The position numbers were made by a program, and so were the translations under genes. A DNA stretch of 63,929 nt, filler included, from Lama guanicoe (Eukaryota): assembly GCA_013239625.1 (NCBI GenBank). It is 202 parts of 202 records of this genome, joined end to end, with 100 filler letters (N's around TTAATTAATTAA, not from the genome) between each part and the next. Parts side by side here need not be neighbours in the genome. Positions count along the whole stretch, not along the records: positions 35,184 to 35,400 come from PNXV01038993.1; positions 35,501 to 35,717 come from PNXV01038994.1; positions 35,818 to 36,034 come from PNXV01038995.1; positions 36,135 to 36,351 come from PNXV01038996.1; positions 36,452 to 36,668 come from PNXV01038997.1; positions 36,769 to 36,984 come from PNXV01038998.1; positions 37,085 to 37,301 come from PNXV01038999.1; positions 37,402 to 37,618 come from PNXV01039000.1; 194 more parts are not named here. The stretch is one strand, 5' to 3'. Positions within the stretch are counted from its first letter, which is position 1. Every line of letters starts with the position of its first letter. This document shows positions 35,265 through 47,936 of this stretch, one piece after another. Below the pieces are notes generated by a model. The model was given only the letters and a program-made list of their open reading frames with translations, was not told the origin of the DNA and did not search any database.

Positions 35265-36926
35265 AATGTCCATTTGAGTACTGCCTGGAGGAGACCACTG
35301 GATGAGTTTACTAGGTGACTCTCTGGCCGGGACAGGTGGTTGAGGGTAGGCCTTATTGATGACCTGGCGAGCAGTGCAGAGAGGCTGAAGAATGGGATGC
35401 NNNNNNNNNNNNNNNNNNNNNNNNNNNNNNNNNNNNNNNNNNNNTTAATTAATTAANNNNNNNNNNNNNNNNNNNNNNNNNNNNNNNNNNNNNNNNNNNN
35501 GTTTAGAACCACTGGTCTAAAGACTAAAGTTTGTGGTGTAAATCCAGTGAGCACTGAGAGAAGTGTCCTGTTATCTTGTTGGAATCGGTCCCAGTGTTTG
35601 GCTGGGAGGGCTTGCTTACGGGGAAAAATCCGTAACAAGTTTTCTTAGAATTTTCCTAAACCTGATCCTCATAGCCTTCCAGCAATATAGTGGAAGAGGG
35701 CAGGTCAAAATGGACTANNNNNNNNNNNNNNNNNNNNNNNNNNNNNNNNNNNNNNNNNNNNTTAATTAATTAANNNNNNNNNNNNNNNNNNNNNNNNNNN
35801 NNNNNNNNNNNNNNNNNAGAAGCTTAAATACCTTTTAGACACAGAAACAATAATTTATGACAAAACGACAAGACAGAGGGGTTTGGGCTGGGGGCAGTAG
35901 GCTGAGGGGAAGTGACGAGGAGGTCTGTTGTGGGGCAGCAGGGGAGACTAGTGGAAGATAAGGGTTATTGTCACAGGTTGGTTTCTGACAGCGTCGATCG
36001 CCAGTCTCTGGTGATAAGGATGTTCTTCTGTTCCNNNNNNNNNNNNNNNNNNNNNNNNNNNNNNNNNNNNNNNNNNNNTTAATTAATTAANNNNNNNNNN
36101 NNNNNNNNNNNNNNNNNNNNNNNNNNNNNNNNNNTTTAAGAACATTTGTTATCAGTTAACAGCCTCAACATAAAAAAAAATCAGCAGGGTCACTAAAGAC
36201 GATTTGAACTGCATCTGTAGTATCCCCAGATAAGTTATCTAAAAAAACTAATCTCATAAAAGGTTTAGAACCTACCTTCAGATAATAGTTGATGAAAACT
36301 GCCCACTGAAATGTTGGAAAACATGAATTAAATGAAAAGACTGTGATTCTANNNNNNNNNNNNNNNNNNNNNNNNNNNNNNNNNNNNNNNNNNNNTTAAT
36401 TAATTAANNNNNNNNNNNNNNNNNNNNNNNNNNNNNNNNNNNNNNNNNNNNAGTGTGAGCCTTGCCAAGTACTGTTGAAAGACAAAGGCAAAAAATAAAT
36501 AAATAAAAATTCTGAATTTTGTGAGTAAACTCCAAATTCTGGGATAGAATATTTGATGTTGAAACAACTACATTTTATTTTATTTATATATTTTATTTAT
36601 TTGTATGAAGATGTATGGATATTTATATATTTTAGAGAAACTCGTTCCCCAGAAGGCAGTCAGGGAAGNNNNNNNNNNNNNNNNNNNNNNNNNNNNNNNN
36701 NNNNNNNNNNNNTTAATTAATTAANNNNNNNNNNNNNNNNNNNNNNNNNNNNNNNNNNNNNNNNNNNNATCATTCACACTTTACAGTATAGTAGGTTAAT
36801 GGGCAATTTTTCCTCAATGTTAAGAGGATGTAAGGAAAGTCCGTAGGTACATTTTGGGGGAGGCAAAAATTGGTGACTAAATGTGCTGCAGAGTCAGTGA
36901 AAAAAGGAACAATACATGAAACAGTA

Positions 36927-36935
<9 letters not shown>

Positions 36936-36969
<34 letters not shown>
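36936..36969. repeat. (AT)17 microsatellite
   Basis: Read directly. Confidence 0.95.
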
Positions 36970-36972
<3 letters not shown>

Positions 36973-37401
36973 TTCATAATATACNNNNNNNNNNNNNNNN
37001 NNNNNNNNNNNNNNNNNNNNNNNNNNNNTTAATTAATTAANNNNNNNNNNNNNNNNNNNNNNNNNNNNNNNNNNNNNNNNNNNNGTTTTCTTTACTTCCA
37101 GTGCAGCCCCATCCCTGCAGAGTGACGCAGTCTTCCTATAATAGCACTGTGGCCTGTCTTCAGCCAGGTTAGGGGAGAGTCCTGCTGGTCCAGAAACCTT
37201 TCTTTCTCCCTCTTGCAGTGACTTTGCTGATGTCTATTTTGGACTAAGGTGTATTGATTTCACACTGTAACTCCCAAGAGGCAGTCTTTGTTCTTATTTC
37301 CNNNNNNNNNNNNNNNNNNNNNNNNNNNNNNNNNNNNNNNNNNNNTTAATTAATTAANNNNNNNNNNNNNNNNNNNNNNNNNNNNNNNNNNNNNNNNNNN
37401 N

Positions 37402-37618
37402 AATTCAACATTCATTTATGATTTTTTAAAAAGCCTCAGAAAACTAGACATAGGAAAGACTTCCTCAACCTAGCAAATGGCATCCGTACAAATGCCTCCT
37501 GCCAACATCACTGAAAGGCGAACGACTGACTATTTCCCCTAAGATCATGAGCAAGGTCCACTCACCTCGTCTTCAGTATTACAGCAGAAGTCCTACTTAA
37601 TGCAATAAGGAGACAAAA
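37402..37618 (+). mobile_element. Old LINE-1 ORF2 RT fragment
   Basis: aattcaaca.tcattatgat...aaactag..atag.a...acttcctcaacct...tttcccctaagatca. Confidence 0.7.
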
Positions 37619-39303
37619 NNNNNNNNNNNNNNNNNNNNNNNNNNNNNNNNNNNNNNNNNNNNTTAATTAATTAANNNNNNNNNNNNNNNNNNNNNNNNNN
37701 NNNNNNNNNNNNNNNNNNATCATTACAGAGATTGACTTTCCCTGGAGAGATTGGGATGGGGACATCCGGGTGGAACAAGCCGGTCCTAGAAGTTGAAATG
37801 TATTTGATTTTAGGAAAAAAGAGTTTCCTGCACTCATGATGTACACACGCAATAGCCTCGTGGTCTAGAGCCTATTGGTGCCATGCTGGGTCTGCCCCAG
37901 GGGAGATGTCGTTTTCCTGCAACCTCCGAGGGCACNNNNNNNNNNNNNNNNNNNNNNNNNNNNNNNNNNNNNNNNNNNNTTAATTAATTAANNNNNNNNN
38001 NNNNNNNNNNNNNNNNNNNNNNNNNNNNNNNNNNNTCACAGACAGCCTTTTGACCTCCCTTTAGCAAAGGCAGAGTGTAAATGCTGGAGCAGTTTTCTGT
38101 TCATGTTTGCTCAGTTTTCTGAGACTAACATCGTTTGCCTCCAGGAAGCATCTGGTTTCTGTTTAACAGTCTTAACCTGTTACAAGGGAATTTTGTATAC
38201 TCGTTATTCTTTAGGAGACATCACATTGTTCTGTATTCCCACAAATATTTACNNNNNNNNNNNNNNNNNNNNNNNNNNNNNNNNNNNNNNNNNNNNTTAA
38301 TTAATTAANNNNNNNNNNNNNNNNNNNNNNNNNNNNNNNNNNNNNNNNNNNNGTTCATTCATTCAACAAATATTTATATAACTTCTAGTATTTGCCAGAC
38401 ATTGTACTAAGTGTTGATGATACAAGTTGCCTAACACAAGATACCTTACCAGCAAAATTTTAGAAAATGAAAAAAAAAAAGCCATTTATAGAAGTATCAA
38501 ATACCCATTAGTAAAACTAGCAAAAGATGGGGAAGATTGTACAAACATTGCAGAGAGAAATTTTAAAGANNNNNNNNNNNNNNNNNNNNNNNNNNNNNNN
38601 NNNNNNNNNNNNNTTAATTAATTAANNNNNNNNNNNNNNNNNNNNNNNNNNNNNNNNNNNNNNNNNNNNAGTAGTCTGGAGGGAAATACAACTTCAAATT
38701 CTGGTTTTATTACTCTTACATTTTTAATCAGGTTAGCACATATCCCAATAGCAATGAACATTAAGTTTTCTTTCACTAACACTCAATAAATCACACAATT
38801 ATTCAAGGAAATATAAATATGTTTTTAAAGGAGGTATAGCTGACATATTCAGTCTGTTATGTCTACTATTTCTTGGCTTATAAAATNNNNNNNNNNNNNN
38901 NNNNNNNNNNNNNNNNNNNNNNNNNNNNNNTTAATTAATTAANNNNNNNNNNNNNNNNNNNNNNNNNNNNNNNNNNNNNNNNNNNNGGACTGTTTCCTAA
39001 TGAGGTAAAAGCTCTTCTTCTCCACCTTGGGCTACCGGAGGCCACAAGCAGGGTAGCAAAGTCTCATCTCCCTTTGGCAGATGGCATGTGGAAGGGCGTG
39101 AGATAAGTGAGCATGAACATCCAACATGCATTTCCTTTTCCCTGCCAGAGAGCACTCCTTGTTATCTGTGACAATTAGAGGATTTGTGGTTTCCATGACT
39201 AGANNNNNNNNNNNNNNNNNNNNNNNNNNNNNNNNNNNNNNNNNNNNTTAATTAATTAANNNNNNNNNNNNNNNNNNNNNNNNNNNNNNNNNNNNNNNNN
39301 NNN

Positions 39304-39520
39304 CATAGAATACAGAAAGCTCAAATAGTATTTAGAATATAGAAAGCAGAACTCAGTATATAGAATATATAATATAGTATATAGAACAAAGAATTTAGAA
39401 CATGGAATGCAGAACTCAGAATATAGATTATAGAATACATTATACTGAATATAATATTTAGAATATAGAAAGTAGAACACAAAATTTAGAATATTGAATA
39501 CAGAATGCTGAATATAGAAT
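39304..39520 (+). repeat. Degenerate (AGAATAT)n heptamer satellite
   Basis: 7-bp periodicity throughout. Confidence 0.9.
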
Positions 39521-40254
39521 NNNNNNNNNNNNNNNNNNNNNNNNNNNNNNNNNNNNNNNNNNNNTTAATTAATTAANNNNNNNNNNNNNNNNNNNNNNNN
39601 NNNNNNNNNNNNNNNNNNNNTCCACCAACGGTCGGCAGCGGGTGAGTTCTAGCGGATTGCATAAACTCGCCCCCTAAGTGTTTTCCTAATGTCTGGCTGC
39701 CAGGGAATGTTAGAGACCTGCACTGAAGTTCCCAGGGTCAGCAGCTGCCACCCCAAGGTCAAGGAATTTATTTTTCTGACTTCCCATGAACAGGGAACAC
39801 CTGTGACAGAAGAGAGCTGCGTGGAGTTGTCTCTGGANNNNNNNNNNNNNNNNNNNNNNNNNNNNNNNNNNNNNNNNNNNNTTAATTAATTAANNNNNNN
39901 NNNNNNNNNNNNNNNNNNNNNNNNNNNNNNNNNNNNNAGACGCAGGCACAGGCACGGTACATGTTAGTGCAGCCAGCACCCCCCCCACCACCGCCCAGGA
40001 CTCACACCTAAATGGATGGGGCAGGGACAGATCTGCCGTGAGGGCCAGATTCCCCAAGCTCCCCCGGGCGGGGCAGGCGCTTCCCCTGGACCCCTGTGAA
40101 TGGCCATCCCCATAAGAGACCTGTTTCAAGACCCGAGAGCACACAGAGACACACNNNNNNNNNNNNNNNNNNNNNNNNNNNNNNNNNNNNNNNNNNNNTT
40201 AATTAATTAANNNNNNNNNNNNNNNNNNNNNNNNNNNNNNNNNNNNNNNNNNNN

Positions 40255-40324
40255 TACTGGGGATTGAACCCAGGACCTTGTGCTTGCTAAGCACGTGCTC
40301 TACCGTTCAGCTATATCCTCCCCC
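40255..40324 (-). mobile_element. tRNA-Ala(AGC)-derived SINE, vic-1-like (camelid), 5' part
   Basis: Reverse complement gggaggatatagctgaacggtagagcacgtgcttagcaagcacaaggtcctgggttcaatccccagta has A and B boxes and an AGC anticodon loop with broken stems. Confidence 0.85.
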
Positions 40325-40888
40325 ACGTCTTTTCTAACTGAGGGTTTAATTGGTAAATTGGGAATGGTCTCTCCTAGAAAAAGCTTAATAAGCAAATAAA
40401 AAGAATAAGAGTAAAGCAAATACAAAGTAGAGTTCAAGTCATTTGTTTTCCTAAATGTCTGCAGTTGGCAANNNNNNNNNNNNNNNNNNNNNNNNNNNNN
40501 NNNNNNNNNNNNNNNTTAATTAATTAANNNNNNNNNNNNNNNNNNNNNNNNNNNNNNNNNNNNNNNNNNNNAGCCAGTGAATATAAAATTATTTGGATAA
40601 ATTAATCTTTGATTCATTATAATAAAAAAGCAAATCATTTATAAACTTGGATACTTCATTACCATCAGTAACAACCCTTTGAAAAACCAGAGTCTGAAAA
40701 CCATTAATCTAATCCAATTACCCACAAATTTTAGGGGTCTTCTGTATATTCACAGGATATTTTCTGATATCCATGATATGCTCATCCANNNNNNNNNNNN
40801 NNNNNNNNNNNNNNNNNNNNNNNNNNNNNNNNTTAATTAATTAANNNNNNNNNNNNNNNNNNNNNNNNNNNNNNNNNNNNNNNNNNNN

Positions 40889-41014
40889 GTTAGGTTGGAT
40901 GCTGCCCGATTCATGAGTAAAGCCATTAAGATCTTTATATTGGATGCTGCCTGAATCATGAGTAAAGCCAATAAGATCTTTAAAATTTAGTCAGTTGAAT
41001 TTTTTTTTTAAACA
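40889..41014 (+). mobile_element. Probable ERV LTR 3' end carrying a 45-bp tandem duplication (40895-40984)
   Basis: ttggatgctgcc.ga.tcatgagtaaagcca.taagatcttta occurs twice; the element ends tttttaaaca. Confidence 0.6.
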
Positions 41015-41289
41015 GTGCTTTAAGATGATCTGTGTGAAACTGGTGCATAGGATTGGAGTGGAGGAGAAGCTCCTCCAAGGAGGGCAATTAGCAGGTTATT
41101 GCTATNNNNNNNNNNNNNNNNNNNNNNNNNNNNNNNNNNNNNNNNNNNNTTAATTAATTAANNNNNNNNNNNNNNNNNNNNNNNNNNNNNNNNNNNNNNN
41201 NNNNNTGACAAATATTTTTAACAGATCAAATTTGTTAGTATCTCTACTGATCGCATAAGTCTTTAAGTGTAGGGAAGATACTGAGTTCA

Positions 41290-41422
41290 CAATGATGGAT
41301 ATATGTTTCTCAAAATTTTAATTATCATTTGAAAGCCCACACTTTATCATGGCAACAAATGCTGTCAAGTGCCTTTCTTGAAATGACAGGCTCACTCTGC
41401 TAAGTTTTATGAAACTATCTGC
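41290..41422. mobile_element. Charlie1-like hAT transposon fragment
   Basis: atcatttgaaagc.ca.a.tttatcat.ggcaacaaat.ctgtca...ttcttgaa.tgacaggctcact. Confidence 0.55.
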
Positions 41423-41522
41423 NNNNNNNNNNNNNNNNNNNNNNNNNNNNNNNNNNNNNNNNNNNNTTAATTAATTAANNNNNNNNNNNNNNNNNNNNNN
41501 NNNNNNNNNNNNNNNNNNNNNN

Positions 41523-41739
41523 GGTGGGATCCTTCTGTCCTGGTCCCTCGGAGAACTTGCTCCAAGGGGACAGACGGGGAGCTGGGTCTTGGCTCGGAGC
41601 GGAGATGGGGCTGTCCCTCGGTCTTCCCCGAGCCCGCCTGCGGAGCGCGGCCAGGGGAGCGCAACCAGGGCGGAGCGCGCAGCCGCACAGAGCAGCGGAG
41701 CTACCGGTAGCGCAGGTAGAGGAGAGCGGCCCCCCCCCC
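41523..41739. promoter_or_regulatory. CpG-island fragment
   Basis: CpG-dense; ends in a C run. Confidence 0.55.
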
Positions 41740-42790
41740 NNNNNNNNNNNNNNNNNNNNNNNNNNNNNNNNNNNNNNNNNNNNTTAATTAATTAANNNNN
41801 NNNNNNNNNNNNNNNNNNNNNNNNNNNNNNNNNNNNNNNCTTGCCTGGGAGTCTCCTTGTAGGAGAATCCTGGATACACGGACGCCCTTCCACACAGCTC
41901 ACTCACTGCCACTCCTCAAGTCCTCCATCATCTGGCAAGTGCGGCAAAGTTCCTGAGCACCCAGGGTCTCATGCACGGCCCCTTGCCTGGCCTCTCTGTG
42001 GCGTCGAGCTCCTGCTGGCGCACCTGCTTCACTGCTTTCTTCTGCTTCCTCGAGCCNNNNNNNNNNNNNNNNNNNNNNNNNNNNNNNNNNNNNNNNNNNN
42101 TTAATTAATTAANNNNNNNNNNNNNNNNNNNNNNNNNNNNNNNNNNNNNNNNNNNNTTCCATTTCAAAAATATATAATGAAATATTTAATATAACAGAAT
42201 TATAACATAATATAGCTCTTCTTTTTTCCATTCTAATTCTTTATCCACTTATTTGTCAACAAATACTTGAGTTATCTCCATATCTTGGCTATTGGGAATA
42301 TACTGCCATTAACATGGGGTATAATGGTTTTATTTTTTGACTATATACCCAAAACTAGATTGCTGGATCATATNNNNNNNNNNNNNNNNNNNNNNNNNNN
42401 NNNNNNNNNNNNNNNNNTTAATTAATTAANNNNNNNNNNNNNNNNNNNNNNNNNNNNNNNNNNNNNNNNNNNNTATATCCTTTGCTCCCCTATCAAAGCC
42501 CCTACTTCCAACATTCTTCCTGCAAGCACTGGGGAAGCCCATCCTTGCTAACATGGCCACGGGGAGAGAAATGCCCACAATCATCTGTGCTGGATGGGCT
42601 ATGCCCTGTCCACCTCTCCAGAAGTGTCTCATTCCAGTCATCCTCTTCTGGTTCAAACCATCGGTCTTAGATTCCCCCCCAAGTCACTGGNNNNNNNNNN
42701 NNNNNNNNNNNNNNNNNNNNNNNNNNNNNNNNNNTTAATTAATTAANNNNNNNNNNNNNNNNNNNNNNNNNNNNNNNNNNNNNNNNNNNN

Positions 42791-43007
42791 ATAGAAAATA
42801 TAATAGAGAATATAGAACTCCGAATTTAGAACATGGAATACAGAACACAATATTTGGAATATGGAATATAGAATAATGCATATAGAATTTAGAATATGGA
42901 ACGTAGAAGACAGAATATAGAATATAGAATACCTAATACAGAATTTAGATTGTAGAACATAGAATGAAGACACAAAATTTAGAATAGAGAATAGAGAATA
43001 TAGAACC
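42791..43007 (+). repeat. Degenerate (AGAATAT)n heptamer satellite
   Basis: 7-bp periodicity throughout. Confidence 0.9.
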
Positions 43008-46000
43008 NNNNNNNNNNNNNNNNNNNNNNNNNNNNNNNNNNNNNNNNNNNNTTAATTAATTAANNNNNNNNNNNNNNNNNNNNNNNNNNNNNNNNNNNNN
43101 NNNNNNNAACAAAACAAACTTAGTACTTAGTGTTCTATTCAAGATTATAAACTTCAATACTGATTTCTCAACGGCAACTCACAGCCTGTACCATATTGGT
43201 TCCTTAAACCCATTTCAGACAGCAAGTAAGTTCTACAGCGTTTGTTTCTTAATAGCTCTAGTTCTGAGTATCTGCCATCTTGGTTCATTTGTTGGCCTTT
43301 GGGTGCTGCTTGTTACCCTGTGTTNNNNNNNNNNNNNNNNNNNNNNNNNNNNNNNNNNNNNNNNNNNNTTAATTAATTAANNNNNNNNNNNNNNNNNNNN
43401 NNNNNNNNNNNNNNNNNNNNNNNNATTTGATGAAGGCAGATGAGCAGTGACACGAGCCTTTATAAGCAGAGTGTGCTTCCCGGTGATAAATGGTGCCGTG
43501 TGCTTCAAGGCATGGCACCGAGCTGGGCGGAGGCTGTGTCACCAGCCCCGGGCCTGGAGCCCCGGAGGTGCCTGGCAGCCCAAGGCCCCTGCGGGTCGCT
43601 GTCCGTGGTGCTGAAAACCCTTGTTCCCTCCACACCCGTGTNNNNNNNNNNNNNNNNNNNNNNNNNNNNNNNNNNNNNNNNNNNNTTAATTAATTAANNN
43701 NNNNNNNNNNNNNNNNNNNNNNNNNNNNNNNNNNNNNNNNNACACATTCTCTGAGGTTCAGTTTTATTATCTATAGAATGGGAAAGTAATAGCATTAGAT
43801 TAGTATTTTCAATGTCATATTTCTTTATATATGTATATTCTTATCCTAGGAATTAAAAAAATTTAAATATAAAATTAATCATTCTAAAATTTAAAAACAT
43901 TCAAATCTGTGACAAAATAATATTTTATAACATCCTAAATTAAATATTTTACAGTGTANNNNNNNNNNNNNNNNNNNNNNNNNNNNNNNNNNNNNNNNNN
44001 NNTTAATTAATTAANNNNNNNNNNNNNNNNNNNNNNNNNNNNNNNNNNNNNNNNNNNNGAGTTGAAGTGGAATGAAAAATGACGTCATCGGAGTTGTACT
44101 GTCGTGGATTGGGTCTGCATTTCACCACCTACCCTCAAAGAGCATGTTGTGTAGACAAACTTCTTACTCCTCCCTCAGTTTGTTGTTGATTTATTGTTGG
44201 TCATACATGAGTTGGTAATTAAATGGCTAGCACTTAGGTTCACAGGTTGCTGAGAACTTTACACGGGATAAACTCNNNNNNNNNNNNNNNNNNNNNNNNN
44301 NNNNNNNNNNNNNNNNNNNTTAATTAATTAANNNNNNNNNNNNNNNNNNNNNNNNNNNNNNNNNNNNNNNNNNNNATACTGCAAGACCTCACTTACACGT
44401 GGAGTCTGAAAACTTTGAGGTTATGCATAGCATAACTGGCAAGCCACTAACCCAGAGCCTTTTGCAAACCCGTGATGGGGAGCTGCTTGAGATGCTTTTG
44501 TATTATGGGGGTGACTCCATCTTGACCTCAAGAAAGAGAAATCTGATGACTCTAGATTTATCAGGAAAAAAATGTATGTATGTATTAAATGCNNNNNNNN
44601 NNNNNNNNNNNNNNNNNNNNNNNNNNNNNNNNNNNNTTAATTAATTAANNNNNNNNNNNNNNNNNNNNNNNNNNNNNNNNNNNNNNNNNNNNCTCCCCTA
44701 GATGTCTGAGGATGCGCCACCAACCCGTCCGCCCCCGCCTCCCTGGGTCCCGGTGAAGCACGTGTCGCTGGGTCTGGGCGCCAGCATCACAGGCTGTAAC
44801 AGGACCTGCCCGGGCTTCCCACGTGTCTCCTTAGCCTGAATCATCTGGGGTGCCAGGGCTGATTCTAGATAAAAATGTGGAATTTTATCGTGTTCTCCAA
44901 CTTTGCTGANNNNNNNNNNNNNNNNNNNNNNNNNNNNNNNNNNNNNNNNNNNNTTAATTAATTAANNNNNNNNNNNNNNNNNNNNNNNNNNNNNNNNNNN
45001 NNNNNNNNNCCCTCTACTTTACAAACTCTAACCCTGGTGAGTTAAGTCTTATAACTTAAGTCCTATATCATATTGGTAAATGTAGGGGAAATAACTGTAA
45101 GGCACTGCACAATATAAATTGGAGAAATGGATATTATTAACATATTTTGTTCATTCTAGAATGTGAGACAATATTTGTTTTTGGTTTTGTCTTGTTTTGT
45201 TAACCTTAGGATAAATAAGTTTTCAANNNNNNNNNNNNNNNNNNNNNNNNNNNNNNNNNNNNNNNNNNNNTTAATTAATTAANNNNNNNNNNNNNNNNNN
45301 NNNNNNNNNNNNNNNNNNNNNNNNNNAATCTTTAAACACAAAATGATGGAACTGAATGATCCCTGGAGTCCTCCTAATGAAGTTGGCACAAATAAACAAT
45401 CAAGGTGAGGCATCTTGTCTACAGACTGATTTATTTGTTCTGCAGGCTCCTGTGTTACAAGGTTTTGGAAGAGTTTCCACATTTGAAAAATGATGGATTT
45501 CCTATGAAAATCTGTACCTCCAGCCTTGTTGAGATGTTGGATTNNNNNNNNNNNNNNNNNNNNNNNNNNNNNNNNNNNNNNNNNNNNTTAATTAATTAAN
45601 NNNNNNNNNNNNNNNNNNNNNNNNNNNNNNNNNNNNNNNNNNNCGTAAGGAGAGGAGGCTGAGGTCCAGGAGGATGTGGAAAGGCAAGAGAATAACACAA
45701 GTGCAGGGCGGGCCTTCCAAGGGAAAGAGAGACCCCTTTCTCTGAGAGATGAAGGGCCTGGTGTGGGCAGGGGTGGGAAAGAACCCCTTGTGTTTTCCTG
45801 CACTTGCAGCGCCCACGGGTGACAGTCCCCTGCAACACCGCAGTGATGGAGAGGCACAAANNNNNNNNNNNNNNNNNNNNNNNNNNNNNNNNNNNNNNNN
45901 NNNNTTAATTAATTAANNNNNNNNNNNNNNNNNNNNNNNNNNNNNNNNNNNNNNNNNNNNCCACTCCACACAGCAGAAGGGTCCCCTTCTCTGACGAAGC

Positions 46001-46652
46001 GTTGCCTTGTGGGTGACCTGACAGCCTTGGGGACCCGGAATGCCCCTGCTGCGCTGCACCGAGCACCTCCTCAGCCCTCAGACACCCCGGATGGCCGGCT
46101 CTTGTGCTCCACTTGGTCCAGCCACATGTACGTACGCCGAAGAAAAACGAGCCATGAGTGGAACACGGTAGTGACGTNNNNNNNNNNNNNNNNNNNNNNN
46201 NNNNNNNNNNNNNNNNNNNNNTTAATTAATTAANNNNNNNNNNNNNNNNNNNNNNNNNNNNNNNNNNNNNNNNNNNNGGAAACTGGTATTTGTCCACAAA
46301 CTGAACTCTGACATGTAAATTCCTACCGCTCATAGCCTTAAACATAAGAACTTTGGGAGAAGTGGTGAGGTTAAAGGGTAAGTAGAATTTCTAAGCGGAT
46401 TCTTGGGTTTGGGGTAAATTTCAACATTAAAATGGTAGGGGAAAAAAAAATAATGAAAACACAGGGATTGATTGCTAGTCACCAAAAATAACACNNNNNN
46501 NNNNNNNNNNNNNNNNNNNNNNNNNNNNNNNNNNNNNNTTAATTAATTAANNNNNNNNNNNNNNNNNNNNNNNNNNNNNNNNNNNNNNNNNNNNACACAG
46601 AAATATATGGGAACTTTATGTGATTTCTACCCAATCTCTCTGCAAATTTAAA

Positions 46653-46811
46653 ATTATGCTACATGAAATAAGTCAGACATAGTAAGATAAGAATTGTATG
46701 ATCTTACTTATATGTGGAATTTAAAAAACCTGAAATCATTGAAACAGAGAGTAGATTGGTGGTTTCCAGGGATGGGATAGGAGGTGGTTTACTTACAGGT
46801 AAATGTTGGTC
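46653..46811 (+). mobile_element. L1M 3' end fragment
   Basis: attatgcta..tgaaataagtcagaca.ag.aaga.aa.a.tgtatgatct.acttatatgtggaat...gaaacagagagtaga.tggtggtt.ccagg. Confidence 0.8.
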
Positions 46812-47862
46812 NNNNNNNNNNNNNNNNNNNNNNNNNNNNNNNNNNNNNNNNNNNNTTAATTAATTAANNNNNNNNNNNNNNNNNNNNNNNNNNNNNNNNN
46901 NNNNNNNNNNNTAGAAACTTTTGGGGATGGTGCTTAGGAATCTCTATTTGAAACTTACGTTGAAAAAAAAAACCTCACTCTGCCAGGTAATTCTTATACG
47001 TACTAAGGAACCACTAAATTATATCTAATATATAAGATTTTTATGTAGATAGAAAGTAAGAGATTTTTGCTATTTCTCTGGACATATATAGTATAAAACC
47101 AGGTATTATTATTATTATTGTTATTGTTNNNNNNNNNNNNNNNNNNNNNNNNNNNNNNNNNNNNNNNNNNNNTTAATTAATTAANNNNNNNNNNNNNNNN
47201 NNNNNNNNNNNNNNNNNNNNNNNNNNNNGGCTCTCCTCAGCGTCATGTTACTTGACGGCTGCATGTCACTTGGTGCTCTCATTGAGCTGCTTCCTTCATT
47301 GCCTTCTGTGTCCAGACAACCCGCATCCTCTGCTTGCTTTCCCAATTCTTTCTCTCCTCTGTCACGGTCGTTTGCTGACTTTTCCTCTTTCTCCCCATTC
47401 CTTGAAAAAAGAACTCTTCCCATAAGGTTCTACTTCTGGTTTTGTNNNNNNNNNNNNNNNNNNNNNNNNNNNNNNNNNNNNNNNNNNNNTTAATTAATTA
47501 ANNNNNNNNNNNNNNNNNNNNNNNNNNNNNNNNNNNNNNNNNNNNACTCTAGTCTTCACCACTTGGGGCTGCCTTCACATGGCCTCCCTTGGAGTAGGAA
47601 AACCTGACAGCATGCACAGTGGGTAACCAACAGTGCTTACTGTGTGAGTGCATGAGGAGTTTGGGCAATAAATCATGCCAATCTGAGGTGGCCTTCAGCT
47701 GTGCCACCTGCTATGTGAACAGCTTACCTCTTTATGACATCCTCTGGAAACCGAGAGTCATANNNNNNNNNNNNNNNNNNNNNNNNNNNNNNNNNNNNNN
47801 NNNNNNTTAATTAATTAANNNNNNNNNNNNNNNNNNNNNNNNNNNNNNNNNNNNNNNNNNNN

Positions 47863-47936
47863 TATATATATATATATATGTGTGTGTGTGTATATATATA
47901 TATATGTATATGTGTGTGTATATATATATATATATA
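47863..47936. repeat. Compound (TA)n/(TG)n microsatellite
   Basis: Read directly. Confidence 0.9.

Noticed and set aside
40255..40324. Functional tRNA-Ala gene
   Set aside because: The D, anticodon and acceptor stems are mismatched; it fits a SINE copy.
44080..44087. Perfect CRE palindrome TGACGTCA
   Set aside because: A single 8-mer without promoter context is expected by chance in about 44 kb.
47229..47400. Minus-strand candidate exon NGEKEEKSANDRDRGEKELG...
   Set aside because: It has an acceptor-like site and an open frame, but purine-rich low complexity explains the lack of stops and no family was recognised.
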